Of a DNA stretch of 63,143 nucleotides, positions 46,815 to 58,199 are shown one piece after another. The notes beneath the pieces were generated by a model. That model worked only from the letters and a program-made list of their open reading frames with translations. It did not search any database and was not told the DNA's origin. Every line of letters starts with the position of its first letter. The stretch's first letter is position 1. The DNA is from a virus (lineage: Duplodnaviria > Caudoviricetes). The translations under genes and the position numbers were made by a program. The stretch spans positions 1 through 63,143 of IMG/VR virus record IMGVR_UViG_3300009149_000033. One strand, given 5' to 3'.

Positions 46815-47040
46815 CTAAAATCCTTTTTCCAGTCTTTCTTTCATAGTCCTTAATTTCATATTCTAATGCCTTATTTACAGCGTACAATATAGGGCTTATA
46901 AATTTATCTATAAATTTATTACCCTTTCTTGTTTTAGAAGTATCTACCACTTTCCACTTTACAGGTCCTGAGGAAGTGTCTCCGAGTCCTCTTCGTCCTC
47001 CTGTATCCTCTTGAACAGGTCTCTTGCCTTTTGGTCGCAT
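46786..47040 (-). CDS. Small basic hypothetical protein overlapping both neighbours
   Basis: Fills the gap between 46814 and 46959; AAGGAG lies 5 nt before ATG 47040. An alternative GTG start near 46950 is possible. Confidence 0.55.
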   Translation of the reverse strand: MRPKGKRPVQEDTGGRRGLGDTSSGPVKWKVVDTSKTRKGNKFIDKFISPILYAVNKALEYEIKDYERKTGKRILDERKTKDKD

Positions 47041-50000
47041 CCTATCTCCTTATGAAACTTTAAATAAAGCCATAAATACTTATTACCTACTAATTGCTCG
47101 TCTTGTATACTCTTTTTAATCTCGTTGAATCTAGTGTTTTTCATATACCCTAAAAACTTTTGAGAGTGTATAGCGATTGGATTACCGTCTGTCCCTTCTC
47201 CTGTTCTACCATAATAATCATAGTAATAATTAATGTCGTTGTACCAATCATCCTCAAAAGTTCCATCTTCTTTTAACCAAGGTTTTCCTAGCCTTTGCTT
47301 AATGTTACCTAACTCGGTGTACAAATTAAAATCTGATATTTGATAAAATCTTATGTCTCCTAAGAAACCAAAATTAACATGAGTTGGCTCATTACCGCTT
47401 GCCTTTACAGGTACTGTATCTCTTAAAGCTCCGTACGATATACCCAACACCTTTATAGGTAAAACATCTACACTTCTAAATCCCTCTAAAAAATCTCCAG
47501 TAATAGAGTCTATAAACCCGTCTAAATCCTTGCTTGAGCCCTGATAAAAAGTCTGTGCGCCTAAACTAGTAGTAACACTTAAAGCATCACCTGCTACCTG
47601 GTAGCCGCCTTCATTCTCCATAAAGAGAAGATTTAACGCAGGCTCTGCGCTATAAATTGCACCAAAATCTTTATAACTATATAAGTTATTTAGTGCGTCA
47701 TAGTCGTCACCTTCTGATGGGACTAGATACTTAGCATCTAGTCCTTTATACCCCGGATCTCCTGTAAATAAATAACTAGAACTTACTCCAGTTAAAGGGT
47801 ATTCTGCATTTATGCCATTAACTAAACTCTCTAAAGTACTCGTGGTAGGATATGATCTACTCACAGAAACAGTTGTAGTCACCGTAGTTGTGAAAGTCTG
47901 AGACCCACCACTTCCATTAATTCCTGTGGCTTGTGCAGCACTATAAGCACTGCTAATTATATTAGAGTTAAACAAAGGCGGAAAATATGTTCCATCGTCT
48001 CCTAAAGGATAAATAGAATTTAAACTAGCGGAAACATCAGAAACAGTTTGAGCAATAGAAATGTTTCCGCTGTAACTTCCCGTGTAAACCAGTGTCGCAC
48101 TTAAAGTTAATTTACCTACTGTTACTCTAACCTGAGCACTAGAAATACTAATCCTTGAATCAGCTATAGTAGCCTCAGATATTGATAGAATATTACTACC
48201 TGATATGTCCCTTAGCGTTTCTGGCAGAGTTACGGTACTTGTTACTCTTAATTCTTCAGGGTCCGCAGAAGGCACTATTGCAGTAGCACTAAATAAATTT
48301 ACGTCTGGTACTGTTAACAGTGGGGCTAGTAAGTCGTTTATCCCGTCATAGCTCCCATTACCGTTAATTAACTCTGTTATGCTAGCATAATTACTTAAAT
48401 CTAACTCTACGCTATACTCATAGTTACACTCATAGTCTGTAGCCAACGATATTAAATTAGACCCAGTATTAATGTTGTAGGTAGAGTTGGTTAGAGTGTA
48501 CTGTCCCGTGTTACGGCTAAAATCAAAAACTTTAGCGTCCGAATTAATAGTTAAGTTATTAATAGACGGAGGGTCCGTAACAGGGGTTATTTGGTCCATT
48601 TGGTATTGAGCATTTTCAGCCTTATCAGGATTTAATCTTATTACCTCAGAATCATCAGCCAAATAAATAGTCTCAAGAGTCGATTGTGGCACGGTAGATA
48701 AAACGTTAGGCAAATAAGTATACTCAAAGAAACCTACATTGTTCTCTTCATCAGGTTCTCTAACAAATTTTAGATTAGCATAAAAATATCCTTTAGCATC
48801 TGAAGTATTAATTCTACCTACTAGCTCGCCTACAGTTTCCCCTTCTAGCTCTGGGTAGGTGGCTGAACCACTGATGCTAAAATTATTTATGTCAGATACA
48901 AAAGTTACTGTACCAATAGCCCCGGTAAGAGGTATAGCCGATTTTACTTTATCACTACGCATCAAAAACCAGTTATTTCTTATTTCAAAAGAGGCGTTAG
49001 TGTCCCACGAATACATATCGAAAGGAAGAATGTTAGCATTAGGGTTATCTGAATTTATCTCTAAAGACCGTAATCTAGCGTCTTCTCCTATGAGGGGTCT
49101 GAATCCGTAGGTGTTCCCAGGGCTGTATTCAAGCTCATCATTAAGCTTTAGTGTTATCTGCTGACCTTCGTCTACTGTCCTTATTTCAGGCACCCAACCT
49201 AACAATATATTCTCTTTGTCTAAATAGTATTCATACTCTTCGGTCTCTGGCATAAAAGTAATAGGATTAATAGTGTTTCTCGTATCCGTGTATGGCCCCA
49301 CTTTAAAAGACTTAATAATCGATTCATAAAGTACTTGTATCTCAAAAGAGCTACTTTCACCTTGGTCTAAGGGGTCTCCTATAAGCTCTGCGTCAAACAG
49401 TCTTACAAACTTAGAGTCTGTTATGTCGTCTGAAGTTTTTGCAGGTTGCCATTCATTACTATCGTCTTTATAAAAATAACCGTTCATAGCCGTAACTACC
49501 TCATTAATTGTTCTAAACCTGCGAGTATTAAAACGAACAGTTATTTCTTCTCCAAACTTACTAAGTTTTACAGTTAAAAATTTTATAAATATATCTTTTG
49601 TTCTTTTACTCCTATCTACTTCTTCTATAAAATTATACTCTTCGACACTTATTGTTCCAGTATCGTCTATCTTATTAATAATACTTACCATATCAGAAAC
49701 TTTACTTCTGTCAGGTAGAATTAAATTTAAAGTTTGCTCATTTACAATATCATTAAGTTCATCCTTGTCATACACTGCTGTTACAAGGTAAGAAGTTGTG
49801 TAGTCTGCTTGAACAGATGAGAATCTAATGACATCATAGTATGAAGAAGGAAGCTGTTCCCAGCTGCCAGGTACTTTTAATCCTTGTATAGCTGCCTTTT
49901 TAGGCTGATAATTTTCTGGGCTACTATAGTCGCTGTTAGTCGGATCATTGTAATATGAAATATATGTAGGCCAAGGATTAATGGGGGTTTCACTTGTTAA

Positions 50001-53000
50001 AGCTAGTAAATCTTCTTCCTTTTTTTCTAAAAACAATACTCTTGAGTCATATTGTCGGTGGTCGTCCACATTAAGAACCTCAATAGTGAACCCGTCTGGT
50101 TCTATACCTGTAGCTGAAAAAGGAGAAATCCTTAGTGTAGTATACTCCCCTTTTGGGTAATAATAAAAAACCATTTCAGATGTAAAGAACTGAATACCTA
50201 GAGGAAAATCACTATCGTTTATTGCTCCCACTAAAAGATCTAAAGTAGTATAGTCTTTAAAAAGATATACATATTCAACGTTACCAGACAATAACTCAAC
50301 GTCAGGGTTGTTAAAATCAAGGGGCTGCTCATAAGTTGCGGTGAGTACTAACCTTAGGCATTGATTTACTAAATCGTAGTCTACCTTAGCCTGCGGATCA
50401 GTTATAATAATCTCATCAGAATTTGTGTTATAGTTAATGGTAATAGCGTCTAACAAATTAAATCCAGTGACAACCAAATTATCTACTCTATTGTCTCTTG
50501 CCGATAATTGAAAAACAGTCCCCTCTCTAATACTGAGAATCCATCTGATATATGAATTAGTCCACTGATTAATACTATTAACTATTCTATTATAAAAAGA
50601 ATTTGCTTCTGTAAAAGAACGGGCAAGAAGCAAAGAATATTTGTTAAATGCTTCTAATGTTCTTTCATAAGACTCTTTCATTTCTGCAGAAGGGAAATCT
50701 CGATCATCTATAGGAATGTTGTCTGGCGTACCACTCTCTTGTAAAACCCCCATTATAGAACCAAAATCGTCAGGAGTATTTCTAAGCAAGAACTCTACTT
50801 TATTTTTGTACTTTTCCATCCTTGTTTTAATGATATTTCCTATATCTAAAAGATACTGCCTAAACTGACTATATTCTATATTAGAAGCTACGTTTCCTTC
50901 TGTAACAGCACCAACACCACTATTAAGTATTCCGTCCTTAAAAGCTCTAGCCAATTTTAGCTGAACATCATAAATATCCTCAACAATCAATTGTTCTGTT
51001 AGCCACGCCTGTTTTTCTAGTACAAGCTTCGTGTAAATATTTTCTGGGTCGTAGAAACCTTTTAAAACTAAGTTATTAGGCACACCATAATTAGTATTAA
51101 CATAATCATCAGATGAATTGAGCGGGAAATTAAACCATATATCTCTATTTTTAGTCTTAAAATGTATAGCATCAACATAACCCCTATCAACAGAACTAGT
51201 ATAAAGTTGGTCGAAGTCAAGATCTAAAAATCTATTTAAACCTCTCTGCTCTTGCTCTGGTACTATATCTCCAGGATTTAAAGAAAAATAAGCTGTTCCA
51301 TTTATGTAGGCATACAGATCTCCTTCCTTAAAACCATAATATTTTATACTGTCTATATAAGCGTATTCTCCAGTACTGTCTTCCCTGGCTTGGTCCTCTG
51401 ACACAATACGCATATCACTATCCTTCACGACATCGTTTGAAATAGTATCTAAGTTATCAGATACTTTTCTTTCCTCTATAAAATTTAAAGGACTTAAGTC
51501 TATCTGCTTGTAAGCCTCTGAATCAGTAGGGTCAAAAATATCATTAGCATAGTTATATGAGCCTAAAACATATTCGCCCGTATCTTCATCAAAGGTACCC
51601 CCTGTAAATTCAAATATTTCAGGAGGCTCTTTTAGGAAATTAAAGAAAGGAAAAAACAGAATCTTTAATATCTCTACGGGATGCGGAACTTTGCGTATTC
51701 TATTCCTACCCGTCTTCTGTCCTTTTATCTCGTTATAGCTTAATGTTACTCCATAGTTCCCCCCGTCATCATACACAGGGAAAGACTCTGGCTCTTGTTT
51801 TTTAATATGTATTTTATTCCCTCGATACGGAAAAGCAGTTTCCATAGCCTCAATACTTACATACACGTCTATGAAAACCTTAGGGATATTTATACCCCTT
51901 ACAGAAAAAATATTATTATCATCTTTTTTGTCTTCTCTAATCTTATAAAAATTCCCATTAATGGTCTGTAGCACCCCTCCTGACGCGTCCGTACCTTCTG
52001 TAACAGAACCATCTAGAGTCTTGGTACCGTACTTTGTTATTAAGCCCCCTACAAACTCTTCCTTTTCTCTGTCTGTCGCAAGATATCCGGCGGATAAACT
52101 AAATCTATAAGCATACGTTTCATTTTCAGAAGAGAGCTCATCTTGATATTTACTTGCAAAGTAAGTTTTTATATTTTTTTCTTTAAAGTATTTACCACCC
52201 TCAAGCTCTAAACTCTCAGTGAGTAAATAGTCACTTTGCCTGTTATTAATAGCTCCTATTTTATAGTACGTCTTTTGGTCTTCTAGCTTAATCTGATCTC
52301 CTACTAATACTCTTTTTAAAAACGAAAAAATTGAACTATCAGAATCATATATAAGCTCATCTTTAAACTTAGAATCCTCTACCCTATTACTGCTATATAA
52401 AGGGACATTATACCCTCCCACAAGTTCCGTAGAAGCGTTCTTCAAAACCATATAATCTAAATCCGATGCTTTATCACCAGATTTAGGAGCCCAATAAGGT
52501 TTCCAGGATCTAACTCTACCTACAGTAACGTCATCCTCTTTATAATAGACATTATAGGCATAGACATCCTTATAATCCTTATACTCTCTGCTGAACCTAG
52601 GGTAGTATTTAGGAGCTGCTTTTTTATAATCAAAAGGAAAGAACCTTGAGAAACCTCCGTTTTCAATCTCATCTATCGCGTCCTGTGTGGTTAGAGTATA
52701 ATTGATATCATCTTCTACCAAAGAATCTTGTAAAGAGTAGTATGACCCATTTTTATAGTAATGCGTACTATTAGCAAATTTAAAACCTAATGAAAGTTGT
52801 GCCTCAGAAGCAAAATATCTAAGTCTCTTTTTATACCATTTATATATCTTAAGATATAATAATTTTTTTATTTGCTCATCTCTAAGCAAATAATAAAGAT
52901 TAGCATTCCCAGCCTGGTAATTAGGAAAAGAGTCGTTGCTACCTGAATCGGCTCCAGAGCCTCCTCCCCCACCCTTTTGCTGAAGGAGATCTCCTACTTG

Positions 53001-56000
53001 TGGAACAGTAACTAACTCAAGAAACTTTCTCTCCGTAAGCTTCTGTATATAGTACTGATCGACATTTAGGTAATCCATGTAGGCTTCTACTTTAGAACCC
53101 GCCGACAAAGAACCAAAGTATCTGCAAAAAACGTAAATATCTTTTTCCTCAAACTCTGATAGTGTATTTAAACCTAAATAATTTAATTTATATCTTTCGT
53201 ATCTTTTCAAAGGGCTAGTAAAAGATAATGAACCATTAGACACAGAATAACCTGTGCCTAAAATAAGTCTTCTAAGATTTTGTGGCTCTTGTAAATACCA
53301 GGAAGCGGTGTCTATAGTAGCAGGTATATTCTGACTTAATGTAAGATATTCATCTGTTTGAGTCCTAGGTATGCTGTAGACCCCTCTTGTGAAAAATTCT
53401 ATTGGGTCAAATTCTCCTGTAAAGCTATTTACACTAAAAGGCTGTTCCCCAGTTATAGTAGAAGTTAAATCGTTTATAGCGCTAAACAATTCATATATAG
53501 TAGCGTAGTTTTCATAAGGCAAAACATACTCCTGCTCGACAGGGCCCTCTACATTGTGCACTAGTTCTTCTTTTAAAATTAATCTACCTATTTTACGTTT
53601 TAAACTAGCTGTGCCTGTGTAGTACGAATCCTCTAGAGTATAATCTATCTTAAAAGTACTCTGGGCAACTAAAGCTGTGTAAGGTAGCTTTTTGCTTAAT
53701 GTGTAAGTAGGGACTATAGTGAACTTTTCAAAACCGCCCAATCGGTAAAGACCATCGTATACTTCTACGTTTACATAGTATGGAAAATATCCTGCTATAT
53801 ACGATTCAGTATTATTTATAGCTTCACCAAGTTCGTATATATCCTGATAATTAGAAAACTCAAAAACAGTCTCTTTTGACACGGTCTCAGATCCGTCTAC
53901 GTACTCTAATAAAGTTAGTTTATCATCTTCTATAGATATCTCTGCATAACCGATATGCGCCTGGACTTCAGTGTAAGTAAAAGTCAGAGAAGGCTGATGG
54001 CTGGCTTCATCTAGGTATAAAGGAAGGTCTGTATACTGAAGATATCCAGGATAAAATTCTTCCTTTATTAATAGTGTTTCATTCTTATAGACATCAGGTG
54101 AAAGAGTTACAGTGGTTACATCGTTTTCAAAAACCACAGATTCTACTTTATATACATAAAGTCCTTCAAATTTAAAAAGCATGCTACTTCTTATAGTTCT
54201 AGTTAAATCTCCTTGAAATATCAAGGTTGAACTACTAGAATCTATAGAAAAAGAATCAGCAAGATTTAACCACAAAGGATTATCATATCTGTATAAATAC
54301 GGGTCGGTGAAATTTATCTTAAAATAGTCTTTAATCTCCACTACAGTGTCTTTAAGACCTTCGTTTGTTTCGTTTTCTACCGAAGACGCTCCTTGAACAA
54401 TATGATAATAAATATCTCCGGTAATCTTACTCTTCACAGCTATAAGATTACCCTCGCTGTAGCTAGAAGATACATCTACCTCTTCTATCTTAAAATTCTT
54501 TGAGTATCTTTCGAATAGATTTACTTTCCATTTATATAAATCAGGGTTTATTGTTAATGTGTAAGGTAGTCCCTCTTCTGTGCCCTCTTCAAAAGGCTCT
54601 ATAGTTTGAGTGCTCCAGGCACCGTCACCGAGGTAATACTGCTCTTCTCCTCCAGGACTTATAGTAAAAGGGTAGTAACTTAAACCGATAAAGGTTGAGT
54701 GTGTGCCCTGTATAGCCTTAGCCATAGTATATAAATCAGAATAGTCCTTAAAATAATAAAAGTATGGGCTAGGATTTAAATACCCAGCTACTATCTCTTG
54801 AAGTATTATTTTTTCGTTATCTATAGTTATTAAACCTTTACCGCTAAGCTCTACAGGTTCGGTAGGAGGAACAAAACTTATAGTAAAAGCAGGTTGTAAA
54901 GGATCCGTAAGAACATCTAACTTTGGGAGGACACCCGTTATTCCTTCTTCCCTTACAGGAAAATCTGAAACAAATACGTCGCCCTGTATATAACTTTGCA
55001 AAGGAGGGAATACACTTACTGTAGCTTCTTCATTCTCTATGCTAATACCTAGTACTGAGTATATTTCAGAACCGTCTATCTGAAGCAGACTGTTTGCTTC
55101 TATCTGTTCCGATAATTGAAGTAAATTATTTCTAAATTTTATCTCATTAGATCCCGGAGTTAGACCTTCTACGACTTCAGTGTCTGCAGGTAACCTGGAG
55201 AAGGACACACCACTATCAAATAGGAAAAAATTAGGGTTTCTTATGTCAGAGGCAAAAGAACCTTCAATAACAACTTTTGTGGTCTCACCATCAAAATCTA
55301 CTGATTTTAACTTAACGTAATAAGTCTCTTGAGGGTTAAAATTATCTACTCGAAGTATAGCCCCTGCTTTTAGTAAATCAGTTCTATCTAAACCCTCTAT
55401 ATAAAAATTATTACTTCCTTCAAGTATAACCGGAAATAAAGCCTCCACAGGCTTATAGGGTAGCGTGTCTCCTATGAAACTATAAGTAGCTACTATAACA
55501 TCATTAAAATCAGGTCTAGCTTCGTTTAAAGACTCGTCTAGTCGTATCTCTTTAACTTCGTTATCATAGGTATAACCGTTAGTATCAAATTCAATATCAG
55601 TAATCACCCCAAGTCTGTCTGTAGAAGTAACTCCGGGTTCTAACAATTCTTCATTAACGGTGCCTAACCCGGAACGAACTCGTATACCAACACTTAATAT
55701 GCTACCCTCTATTATTGTACTATTATAAGATACTTTATTAGGGTCATCGTCTGATAAAAAAGGATCGTTTTCCGGCACAGAAACCTGAGGATTTCTTACC
55801 TTAAATTTTAAAGCAAATGGAGACTCTACCTCAAGGGCATCATCAACAATAGTAAATCTATAAGTATTTGAATCTTCTGTGTTAGGTTGAATAATAACAT
55901 TCGTTAAGGCCATTGGTATATAGGAAATATTTAAAGACTTAACATTTTCTCCCACTAAAGAGTCAGCTAATGGTTTAACTACTCCTGTAGTGTTATTTAT

Positions 56001-57569
56001 CTCATAGTCTGTGCCCTCGCTTAAAACAATTGTTTGATCAACATTGTCGACACCGGTATATACTTTTGTAAGCACAGAGCTACCAGCCATAACTGGAAAT
56101 TTTTTAATCCTGAGATCCTCAGCCTCTAATAGATCTTCGTTTTCTTCTTGTACTCCTTCTACATAATAAGTAACAAGAACTGATTCCCCTTCTTCCAGAG
56201 TCTGATTTATTCTTATAGCACCGGCATCATAAGCTAAGATGTAGTCTACATCTTTTTCAAGATTATTTGCATCTGTATCCTCATAGTAAACCGTACCTTC
56301 TATACCCGCTAACCCTGTTATGGGTCTAATAACTAAATCTTCGTTCTTGGTGGGGTTTAGGTCTCCTACTACTTGATCCTCTTTAACCCCTCGGATAACT
56401 GTCACGCCGTCCCACAACAAAGACCTAGGATACGATACAGACTGTATTAACTGCTCGTTATTTATATGCTTGATAAAAGTTATTAATCCAGAACGATAGT
56501 CTATAGAATAATCTTTATTCTTATCTACTATTGATTCTGATACTTTTATTTCCTCAGTGTCCTGTACTATATCTGTTATAGAAGTAACTAGATTGTTAGC
56601 CCCAGGAACTTCTGTTGTTTTAGTTACCGCCACATAACCCTGAAAATCCTCATCAATAGTACCTTGAGACTCATCTAAGTCAAAAAGAAATTTTAAGAAA
56701 GCAACTTGTCTCTCTTCCATAGGAGGAAAAGGAAAAAGAAAGTCAGGATTTTGTGTATAGTTTACAACATAATCTGTCCATTCTTCCTTCTTTGCTAGGC
56801 CTCCATCCTTAGGCCCCCAGTAAACTTTTAGCGTCTCATGAGGGTAAGGTACTGCTGGCAACGACAGGTCGGATACCGGGTCTTTATTGTCATTTACAAC
56901 TGTGAAATTTTCTGACTTAACAGCAGTTATAACAGGTGCCCCGTTTGTAGAAGAGTTTTGAAAAGACGCCACCATATAGTCATCTGAAGGGAACACGTAA
57001 GGATCACTTTGCGTGTCGATAGGACCTTCGGTTTCGAGGCCAGTTATACCCCACTCAAGTCTATCCTGGTTAAAAAATATTTTATTCTCTCCATCTAAAC
57101 TACGGACATACTCAAACTCTGCGTTGCCCATTTTTTCTTTTCTCAAAGTAGCCGAACCAGTAAACGTAGTGCCTTCAAAATTAGTACTAGTATAATCTGA
57201 CAAAAGAGTAATAACGGTGCCTGTTACTTCCTTTATTTCAAAAAAAGTATTATCCAAATCATTGCGAACAATATCCCCTTCTTTTAATCCGCTTATAGGA
57301 TTTGATAAAGTTACTTCTTTGCTGCCCTTCGTAAAAGTAGCCTCAGTTCTAATATTATTACCATCAATGGATCCTTGGAGAAGATACTCTGTATTAACAT
57401 CTCTTTCTCCAGAGTATATACCGGTCTCTCCGGCATAGAACTCTGAGCCTGTGTCGGGAGAAGAAATAACCAACTTAGAAGTAGGGTTATTTTTAAAACC
57501 TACACGAGACTGCCTTATAACGCTTTGCTCAACATCTAAAGTCTTTAGCTTAAAAATTTCTTCTGACAT
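46959..57569 (-). CDS. Giant (3536 aa) acidic repeat-built virion protein, tail/baseplate associated
   Basis: Uninterrupted 10.6-kb ORF between the spike and wedge genes; recurring DYxIxxxxGxI and YxTIxELxxAIN-type motifs. Confidence 0.8.
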   Translation of the reverse strand: MSEEIFKLKTLDVEQSVIRQSRVGFKNNPTSKLVISSPDTGSEFYAGETGIYSGERDVNTEYLLQGSIDGNNIRTEATFTKGSKEVTLSNPISGLKEGDIVRNDLDNTFFEIKEVTGTVITLLSDYTSTNFEGTTFTGSATLRKEKMGNAEFEYVRSLDGENKIFFNQDRLEWGITGLETEGPIDTQSDPYVFPSDDYMVASFQNSSTNGAPVITAVKSENFTVVNDNKDPVSDLSLPAVPYPHETLKVYWGPKDGGLAKKEEWTDYVVNYTQNPDFLFPFPPMEERQVAFLKFLFDLDESQGTIDEDFQGYVAVTKTTEVPGANNLVTSITDIVQDTEEIKVSESIVDKNKDYSIDYRSGLITFIKHINNEQLIQSVSYPRSLLWDGVTVIRGVKEDQVVGDLNPTKNEDLVIRPITGLAGIEGTVYYEDTDANNLEKDVDYILAYDAGAIRINQTLEEGESVLVTYYVEGVQEENEDLLEAEDLRIKKFPVMAGSSVLTKVYTGVDNVDQTIVLSEGTDYEINNTTGVVKPLADSLVGENVKSLNISYIPMALTNVIIQPNTEDSNTYRFTIVDDALEVESPFALKFKVRNPQVSVPENDPFLSDDDPNKVSYNSTIIEGSILSVGIRVRSGLGTVNEELLEPGVTSTDRLGVITDIEFDTNGYTYDNEVKEIRLDESLNEARPDFNDVIVATYSFIGDTLPYKPVEALFPVILEGSNNFYIEGLDRTDLLKAGAILRVDNFNPQETYYVKLKSVDFDGETTKVVIEGSFASDIRNPNFFLFDSGVSFSRLPADTEVVEGLTPGSNEIKFRNNLLQLSEQIEANSLLQIDGSEIYSVLGISIENEEATVSVFPPLQSYIQGDVFVSDFPVREEGITGVLPKLDVLTDPLQPAFTISFVPPTEPVELSGKGLITIDNEKIILQEIVAGYLNPSPYFYYFKDYSDLYTMAKAIQGTHSTFIGLSYYPFTISPGGEEQYYLGDGAWSTQTIEPFEEGTEEGLPYTLTINPDLYKWKVNLFERYSKNFKIEEVDVSSSYSEGNLIAVKSKITGDIYYHIVQGASSVENETNEGLKDTVVEIKDYFKINFTDPYLYRYDNPLWLNLADSFSIDSSSSTLIFQGDLTRTIRSSMLFKFEGLYVYKVESVVFENDVTTVTLSPDVYKNETLLIKEEFYPGYLQYTDLPLYLDEASHQPSLTFTYTEVQAHIGYAEISIEDDKLTLLEYVDGSETVSKETVFEFSNYQDIYELGEAINNTESYIAGYFPYYVNVEVYDGLYRLGGFEKFTIVPTYTLSKKLPYTALVAQSTFKIDYTLEDSYYTGTASLKRKIGRLILKEELVHNVEGPVEQEYVLPYENYATIYELFSAINDLTSTITGEQPFSVNSFTGEFDPIEFFTRGVYSIPRTQTDEYLTLSQNIPATIDTASWYLQEPQNLRRLILGTGYSVSNGSLSFTSPLKRYERYKLNYLGLNTLSEFEEKDIYVFCRYFGSLSAGSKVEAYMDYLNVDQYYIQKLTERKFLELVTVPQVGDLLQQKGGGGGSGADSGSNDSFPNYQAGNANLYYLLRDEQIKKLLYLKIYKWYKKRLRYFASEAQLSLGFKFANSTHYYKNGSYYSLQDSLVEDDINYTLTTQDAIDEIENGGFSRFFPFDYKKAAPKYYPRFSREYKDYKDVYAYNVYYKEDDVTVGRVRSWKPYWAPKSGDKASDLDYMVLKNASTELVGGYNVPLYSSNRVEDSKFKDELIYDSDSSIFSFLKRVLVGDQIKLEDQKTYYKIGAINNRQSDYLLTESLELEGGKYFKEKNIKTYFASKYQDELSSENETYAYRFSLSAGYLATDREKEEFVGGLITKYGTKTLDGSVTEGTDASGGVLQTINGNFYKIREDKKDDNNIFSVRGINIPKVFIDVYVSIEAMETAFPYRGNKIHIKKQEPESFPVYDDGGNYGVTLSYNEIKGQKTGRNRIRKVPHPVEILKILFFPFFNFLKEPPEIFEFTGGTFDEDTGEYVLGSYNYANDIFDPTDSEAYKQIDLSPLNFIEERKVSDNLDTISNDVVKDSDMRIVSEDQAREDSTGEYAYIDSIKYYGFKEGDLYAYINGTAYFSLNPGDIVPEQEQRGLNRFLDLDFDQLYTSSVDRGYVDAIHFKTKNRDIWFNFPLNSSDDYVNTNYGVPNNLVLKGFYDPENIYTKLVLEKQAWLTEQLIVEDIYDVQLKLARAFKDGILNSGVGAVTEGNVASNIEYSQFRQYLLDIGNIIKTRMEKYKNKVEFLLRNTPDDFGSIMGVLQESGTPDNIPIDDRDFPSAEMKESYERTLEAFNKYSLLLARSFTEANSFYNRIVNSINQWTNSYIRWILSIREGTVFQLSARDNRVDNLVVTGFNLLDAITINYNTNSDEIIITDPQAKVDYDLVNQCLRLVLTATYEQPLDFNNPDVELLSGNVEYVYLFKDYTTLDLLVGAINDSDFPLGIQFFTSEMVFYYYPKGEYTTLRISPFSATGIEPDGFTIEVLNVDDHRQYDSRVLFLEKKEEDLLALTSETPINPWPTYISYYNDPTNSDYSSPENYQPKKAAIQGLKVPGSWEQLPSSYYDVIRFSSVQADYTTSYLVTAVYDKDELNDIVNEQTLNLILPDRSKVSDMVSIINKIDDTGTISVEEYNFIEEVDRSKRTKDIFIKFLTVKLSKFGEEITVRFNTRRFRTINEVVTAMNGYFYKDDSNEWQPAKTSDDITDSKFVRLFDAELIGDPLDQGESSSFEIQVLYESIIKSFKVGPYTDTRNTINPITFMPETEEYEYYLDKENILLGWVPEIRTVDEGQQITLKLNDELEYSPGNTYGFRPLIGEDARLRSLEINSDNPNANILPFDMYSWDTNASFEIRNNWFLMRSDKVKSAIPLTGAIGTVTFVSDINNFSISGSATYPELEGETVGELVGRINTSDAKGYFYANLKFVREPDEENNVGFFEYTYLPNVLSTVPQSTLETIYLADDSEVIRLNPDKAENAQYQMDQITPVTDPPSINNLTINSDAKVFDFSRNTGQYTLTNSTYNINTGSNLISLATDYECNYEYSVELDLSNYASITELINGNGSYDGINDLLAPLLTVPDVNLFSATAIVPSADPEELRVTSTVTLPETLRDISGSNILSISEATIADSRISISSAQVRVTVGKLTLSATLVYTGSYSGNISIAQTVSDVSASLNSIYPLGDDGTYFPPLFNSNIISSAYSAAQATGINGSGGSQTFTTTVTTTVSVSRSYPTTSTLESLVNGINAEYPLTGVSSSYLFTGDPGYKGLDAKYLVPSEGDDYDALNNLYSYKDFGAIYSAEPALNLLFMENEGGYQVAGDALSVTTSLGAQTFYQGSSKDLDGFIDSITGDFLEGFRSVDVLPIKVLGISYGALRDTVPVKASGNEPTHVNFGFLGDIRFYQISDFNLYTELGNIKQRLGKPWLKEDGTFEDDWYNDINYYYDYYGRTGEGTDGNPIAIHSQKFLGYMKNTRFNEIKKSIQDEQLVGNKYLWLYLKFHKEIGCDQKARDLFKRIQEDEEDSETLPQDL

Positions 57570-57577
57570 TTTTACCC

Positions 57578-58198
57578 TTACGCGATCTTATTAAAAACTG
57601 TGGGTATTCCTGCTGTTGCTATAGGTCCAGCCGGAGAAACAGGAGCAATAGCCCCAGTTACCGTGGCAATAACTGTAGGACTCTGTTTCATATGAGAAAC
57701 AAAGCCAAAACCCACGCACTGAGCTAGCTGTCTTGCGTTTTTACCCTTTATTATCTTACTTAAAAAATTAGCGTACACGAGGTTGCTTACCGGCGCCTCT
57801 ATCATATTTGTGAATCTTCCTGTACCAACCCCAACAGCTAAGCCTGCCGTGCTCCCTGTCACTTGCATAGTACTAAAATGAGAAGCAACTCCATTACTTA
57901 TAGCCTGAAACAATTGAAGAATATTTTTACCCTTAAGTTGCAGGCTTAAAGCCTTAGAATACATCAAAGTGGCCATAACAGACGGAACTATAGGAGCGAC
58001 AGACACACTAGTGACCTGGCCCACAGGACCTACAGTACCACTCAATGTAAATAGTATTAAATTAGGGGTGGAAATAGAGTAAGTAACAAGACCATTAGCT
58101 ATAGCATCCGCTAAATCTTTATCATTTTTACCCGTAAAAGATTTGCTAGCTTCATTGGCTAATATAAGCCCTGATGCTGCCTTCTTAACTAAAGCCAT
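57578..58198 (-). CDS. Three-repeat small protein next to the spike gene, putative spike-tip protein
   Basis: GKNxxxLxxAIxxG-type motif at residues 23, 90 and 152; directly downstream of the spike gene. Confidence 0.6.
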   Translation of the reverse strand: MALVKKAASGLILANEASKSFTGKNDKDLADAIANGLVTYSISTPNLILFTLSGTVGPVGQVTSVSVAPIVPSVMATLMYSKALSLQLKGKNILQLFQAISNGVASHFSTMQVTGSTAGLAVGVGTGRFTNMIEAPVSNLVYANFLSKIIKGKNARQLAQCVGFGFVSHMKQSPTVIATVTGAIAPVSPAGPIATAGIPTVFNKIA

Positions 58199-58199
58199 A

